The translations under genes were made by a program, and so were the position numbers. A stretch of DNA of 53,832 nucleotides. Source: Patellaria atrata CBS 101060 (Eukaryota). The stretch is from contig MU006106.1 in the NCBI GenBank assembly GCA_010093705.1, positions 124,001-177,832 on the forward strand, written 5' to 3'. Of this stretch, positions 50,479-53,832 are shown piece by piece; positions within the stretch are counted from its first letter, which is position 1; the number at the start of each line of letters is the position of its first letter. The notes under the pieces are model-generated. The model searched no databases. It was given only the letters and a program-made list of their open reading frames with translations, and was not told where the DNA came from.

Positions 50479-51817
50479 CTACGGACCTCTTTTGACAACC
50501 TCTTCCCATTGCACTCCCACCCATTCTTCCAAGTATCCCACCTCGCCTTCGCTCACATCCTTCGCGCCACAATCCTCAGAGCATACGCCCATAATCACAG
50601 TTCCCCAGTCCATTCCCTCGAGCCCTATCTCATCAACCTCGAGCTCGACGATCGCACCCGGGGTTAATTGGATCTCGAACACACGCTCGGCACCGCAGGA
50701 TGTGCATCGATGCATGCCGCTCTGTGCGCCGGCCGTCACCTTTATCTTCCCGCCAGAATCGTGGCCGTGATACGGAGCGAGCATTCTACCAACGACGTCG
50801 GCCTTGGAGTACAGTAACGGCGAGCCTCCGAACTCGTACCGTAGAACCTGCTCGGGGTTCTGAGCTAGTCTGTCCGCAAAGCGCTGAAAGCTCTTATCGA
50901 GGGTGCTCTCGAAAGCTTCCTTGTCCTCCTTACCGCCTGCACTGGATTCCCCGTCGACGTCCATGCGGGTTTGAGAAGGTATTTCGGGGACAGAGGGTGC
51001 ATCGAGAGTCTCGTAATCCGCATCGATGTGGGAAAGGGGGTATGAAGGCGGGAACGCGGAGGTGGAGGGCCATGGTTCGTGTGGTCGGGGAGGTGGGCTT
51101 GTTGGGGGAGAAGATATGCGCACCTTGGAAGCGAAGGTTTCGGGAAGGTTAGAAATGCTTTGGGTTTGGGGGTCTTCAGGTCTCTGAGCTGGTTTGGCTG
51201 CGAGGGAAGAGGTCGAGAACAGATTCTGTGCGGATGATGAGGTAGAAAAGGGGTTGGGACGTGTAGGGTTCGATGTGGAAACCGAAAATGGATTTGCAGT
51301 TGTGGATGTAGGTGGGTTTGCTCCACGGAAAAGTTGAGATCCTAGATTCAACGGATGCTTCTGCCCTTGTGGAACTGTGGTCTTTGGTTCTGGATGCTTC
51401 TGTTCGATCCGGCAGCTGCTATTATGACCTTTCGCTATCCTCGTTGCTCTGATCCCCCGTATACTACCTTCTTTCCTTCGACATGCCTTTCTTCGGCAAG
51501 TGAAGAGGTATAGCCGTCTTTCGTGCCCTGGAAAGCGTTCAGGTAAGTCGCCGTTGAGCTGGAGCAACAATGACATGTAGTCATTACACACTTTGCATTT
51601 GCCTAGGGCAGCCGATGGGGCAGTTTTACCATCAAGCCAGCTCTGAACATAACTAGGTCAGCATGTGTATACAAAGGCGATTTTTCTACGATAGACTTAC
51701 GGGCTGCCCTCCCAAGTGGCTAAAAGTATCCTCGGTGGGTTCTTTTGAAGGATACCCCAGCAGCACACCAGTCTCAGTATATTCCTCATCGGTAGAATCG
51801 CTGTCATAGGAAATCAT
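50479..51817 (-). CDS. TSR4: PDCD2L / Tsr4 (uS5 chaperone, 20S rRNA accumulation protein); intron 51700-51643
   Basis: MISYDSDS...VLLGY...SHLGGQP|SWLD...CKVC...LLLQL...RRLYLFTCR...C, and PDCD2_C DKSFQRFADRLAQNPEQVLRYEFGGSPLLYS...CTSCGAERVFEIQLTP...GMDWGTV...EEWVGVQWEE. Confidence 0.92.
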
Positions 51818-53600
51818 TACTGTATCGGCCAGTAGCGAGCACTTAATGGCGTTCCAGTATCCTTTGCGTGGCGGGGGAAATTGTACATTTGCGATATCAA
51901 TTATTTTCTACGGTGGACAAGTCGGACCTAATGCGCATAATAGGACCACTTGGACTAGTTCTGCCGTAGTCCTGGATCTATCGATTGCTACCCCTATTAT
52001 TTCTCCCTTTCCAATCCACAATCCTGTTTCATCGACTGCCTTGAACATCCCAAGAGATCTGCTTGCGCAACCAAATACGACTAAACAGACACGTACTTTG
52101 TACTGTACGAGACAAGAACGCGATATCTCTCATATCTCACATCTCTGACAGCGACAGAGTGTATTATCAGAATCGTTACCACAGGAAGTTATAGTGAATA
52201 GATATCTCATCCGTTCCTTTTTCTTGTGTATTGAGTCATGTTTAGTCCCCTAAGGGAGAATGAAAAGCCGACCTACACGCTCTTTAAGGCCATCCATGGC
52301 TTATTATACGCTTCTTGATTGAACTGTCTTCTTCCACTCTACTGTACAGAACGTACCAGATGTAGGGAGAAATCTTTAGTCTTAAAAAATATTCTGTTGA
52401 TATTGATTCTATGCACTCTGTCTTTGGTCATCTGCGAGTGGGGAGGGCTCTGCCTGACTAGAGATTGTCGGCAAAGGTTCAACAGTCTCAGCAAAAGTAA
52501 TACGGTAGCAAAGTTCTATCGCGGGCTACCTACTTAGGACCACAAACGGCACCCGGATACTGAAGTCACTCGATCTCACGCTCTTCGCGTCCTGAGTAGG
52601 ATGATTTAGTCTTCGACTCGCCCAGGTCTTGGTACGAGGTCTCCGTAATCAGCACCAGGTCTACCAAGAAGTAACAAACATCATGACTTTGTGGAATATA
52701 GCTGTGGTTGTCCGAGTAAATATATAAGGTACACTTACACCCATATCCTATATACTGCTGACTTGGCTAACACTTGGTATCGCTTGGCTTTAGTAACTTT
52801 GCTTACAATGCCCCTTATACCCATAGAATGACATATGAAACGGGAATAAAAGACTCATTTGTATCTAGGTAACCCCATACATAGCATCTCTTCTCCATAG
52901 ACAGGAATTCGTAAGGTTGATACTTGGACCTTGGTATATATTCCTTTTGACTTCTCCTAACTGTGCAATTTGTCATTATAGTTCGGCCAGAAATTTGCTC
53001 TCATATGTTTTGGAAAGCCATCTAAGTCAAGTAACAATTATTTGTCAAGGAATCCCTCCAATGTCTTTATCTTGCTTGTATCTTCTAGACTAGTCCAAAA
53101 CCACTCCTCGAGAGAGTAATTCTTCTGACTTTCATGCTGGAAAAATCTCCTAAGGAAGTAATGAAAAGATCAACTATGCGCTGTTTACCTTCCTTGTTCA
53201 GGGGAACCGGTTAATAGGGTACAGAATCCCATGTGGATGGGGATATTTGAGTCGTTCATCGTTCACTTGCACTAGTGGTGAGAACTCATTGAAGCATTTC
53301 GGCCTAATTGTCCTTTTCGACTTCAGACTCAATTCCAGCGACCTTTGCTGCACATTCCCATCCTGACATTGTTAGTTTAAGTTCAGATGGATAGCAACGG
53401 AGATACACGATAAAAGAAAGAAAGAGAAATCAAAGCCAAGCAAGTCATTGGAACATACCACGGTTCAGGTTCGATCAGAACCAAATTCCATGATCGAAGT
53501 TCTGACCTCACAAGCAACTCCTTTTCCTTAAATTTCTTGCTCTCTCACTTTCTGTACTGTACATTGTGTGAACTGAAATCTAGAAATTCCTTCTACCTGC

Positions 53601-53832
53601 ATGTCAGATATCACACCATTCGAAATTGCAATCATGACGAGAAAATCATTCCCTGACGATGGAGAGATCTTACCTTCTTATAATGGGAACCCCTCGCTGA
53701 CGCTCCGGTTCGTACAGTCCACGATCAACCTTTACCAAGTGTGCTAACATGTACTGTACAGGCGCCCATCGACCCACTGGAACAGTTCAACATGCAAATT
53801 CTTGCAGAAGCCGTGGGGGGTGAACGGTGTCG
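53601..53832 (+). CDS. 5' part of a hypothetical gene running off the window end (exon 53601-53707, intron 53708-53761)
   Basis: Open frame from ATG 53601, then a GTTCGT...GCTAAC...CAG intron; the frame stays open to the window edge. No family recognised. Confidence 0.35.

Noticed and set aside
3610..51326. Many antisense or alternate-frame ORFs overlapping real genes (e.g. 3620-4138, 12746-13186, 17312-17824, 21454-21981, 50700-51152)
   Set aside because: These are shadow ORFs expected from GC-rich codon usage on the opposite strand or frame.
53462..53482. GGTTCGATC hairpin resembling a tRNA T-loop
   Set aside because: No cloverleaf or A-box context.

Overview
Gene-dense eukaryotic window from a filamentous ascomycete. 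The Pezizomycotina assignment is an inference from short GT-AG introns with CTRAY branch points and from the presence of eIF3e and eIF3k. Manual exon reconstruction supports about 20 intron-containing protein genes, mostly housekeeping: eIF3e, IMG2/mL49, CBP6, BSD2, a SEL1-repeat Chs4/Skt5-like protein, HOP2, a GPI-type cell-wall protein, a hypothetical protein, a GH18 chitinase, CCT7, SPT7, a VanZ-family protein, RPS26, a CBS-PB1 protein, importin beta-3 (PSE1), BNA6, VPS41, an RMND1-like DUF155 protein, eIF3k and TSR4. The ORF track shows only fragments of CBP6, HOP2 and the VanZ gene. The strongest non-coding signal is a box C/D snoRNA in eIF3k intron 1 with a U44-like 18S guide. Also notable: a candidate structured RNA with a G-quadruplex motif at about 3.09-3.51 kb, two convergent multi-intron units lacking long ORFs at 40.9-41.9 kb, a chitinase signal peptide built on a CTA microsatellite, and a CaaX box that exists only after splicing. 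No prokaryotic features, CRISPR arrays, tRNA or rRNA genes were seen. Gene names come from recalled family motifs, not database searches.
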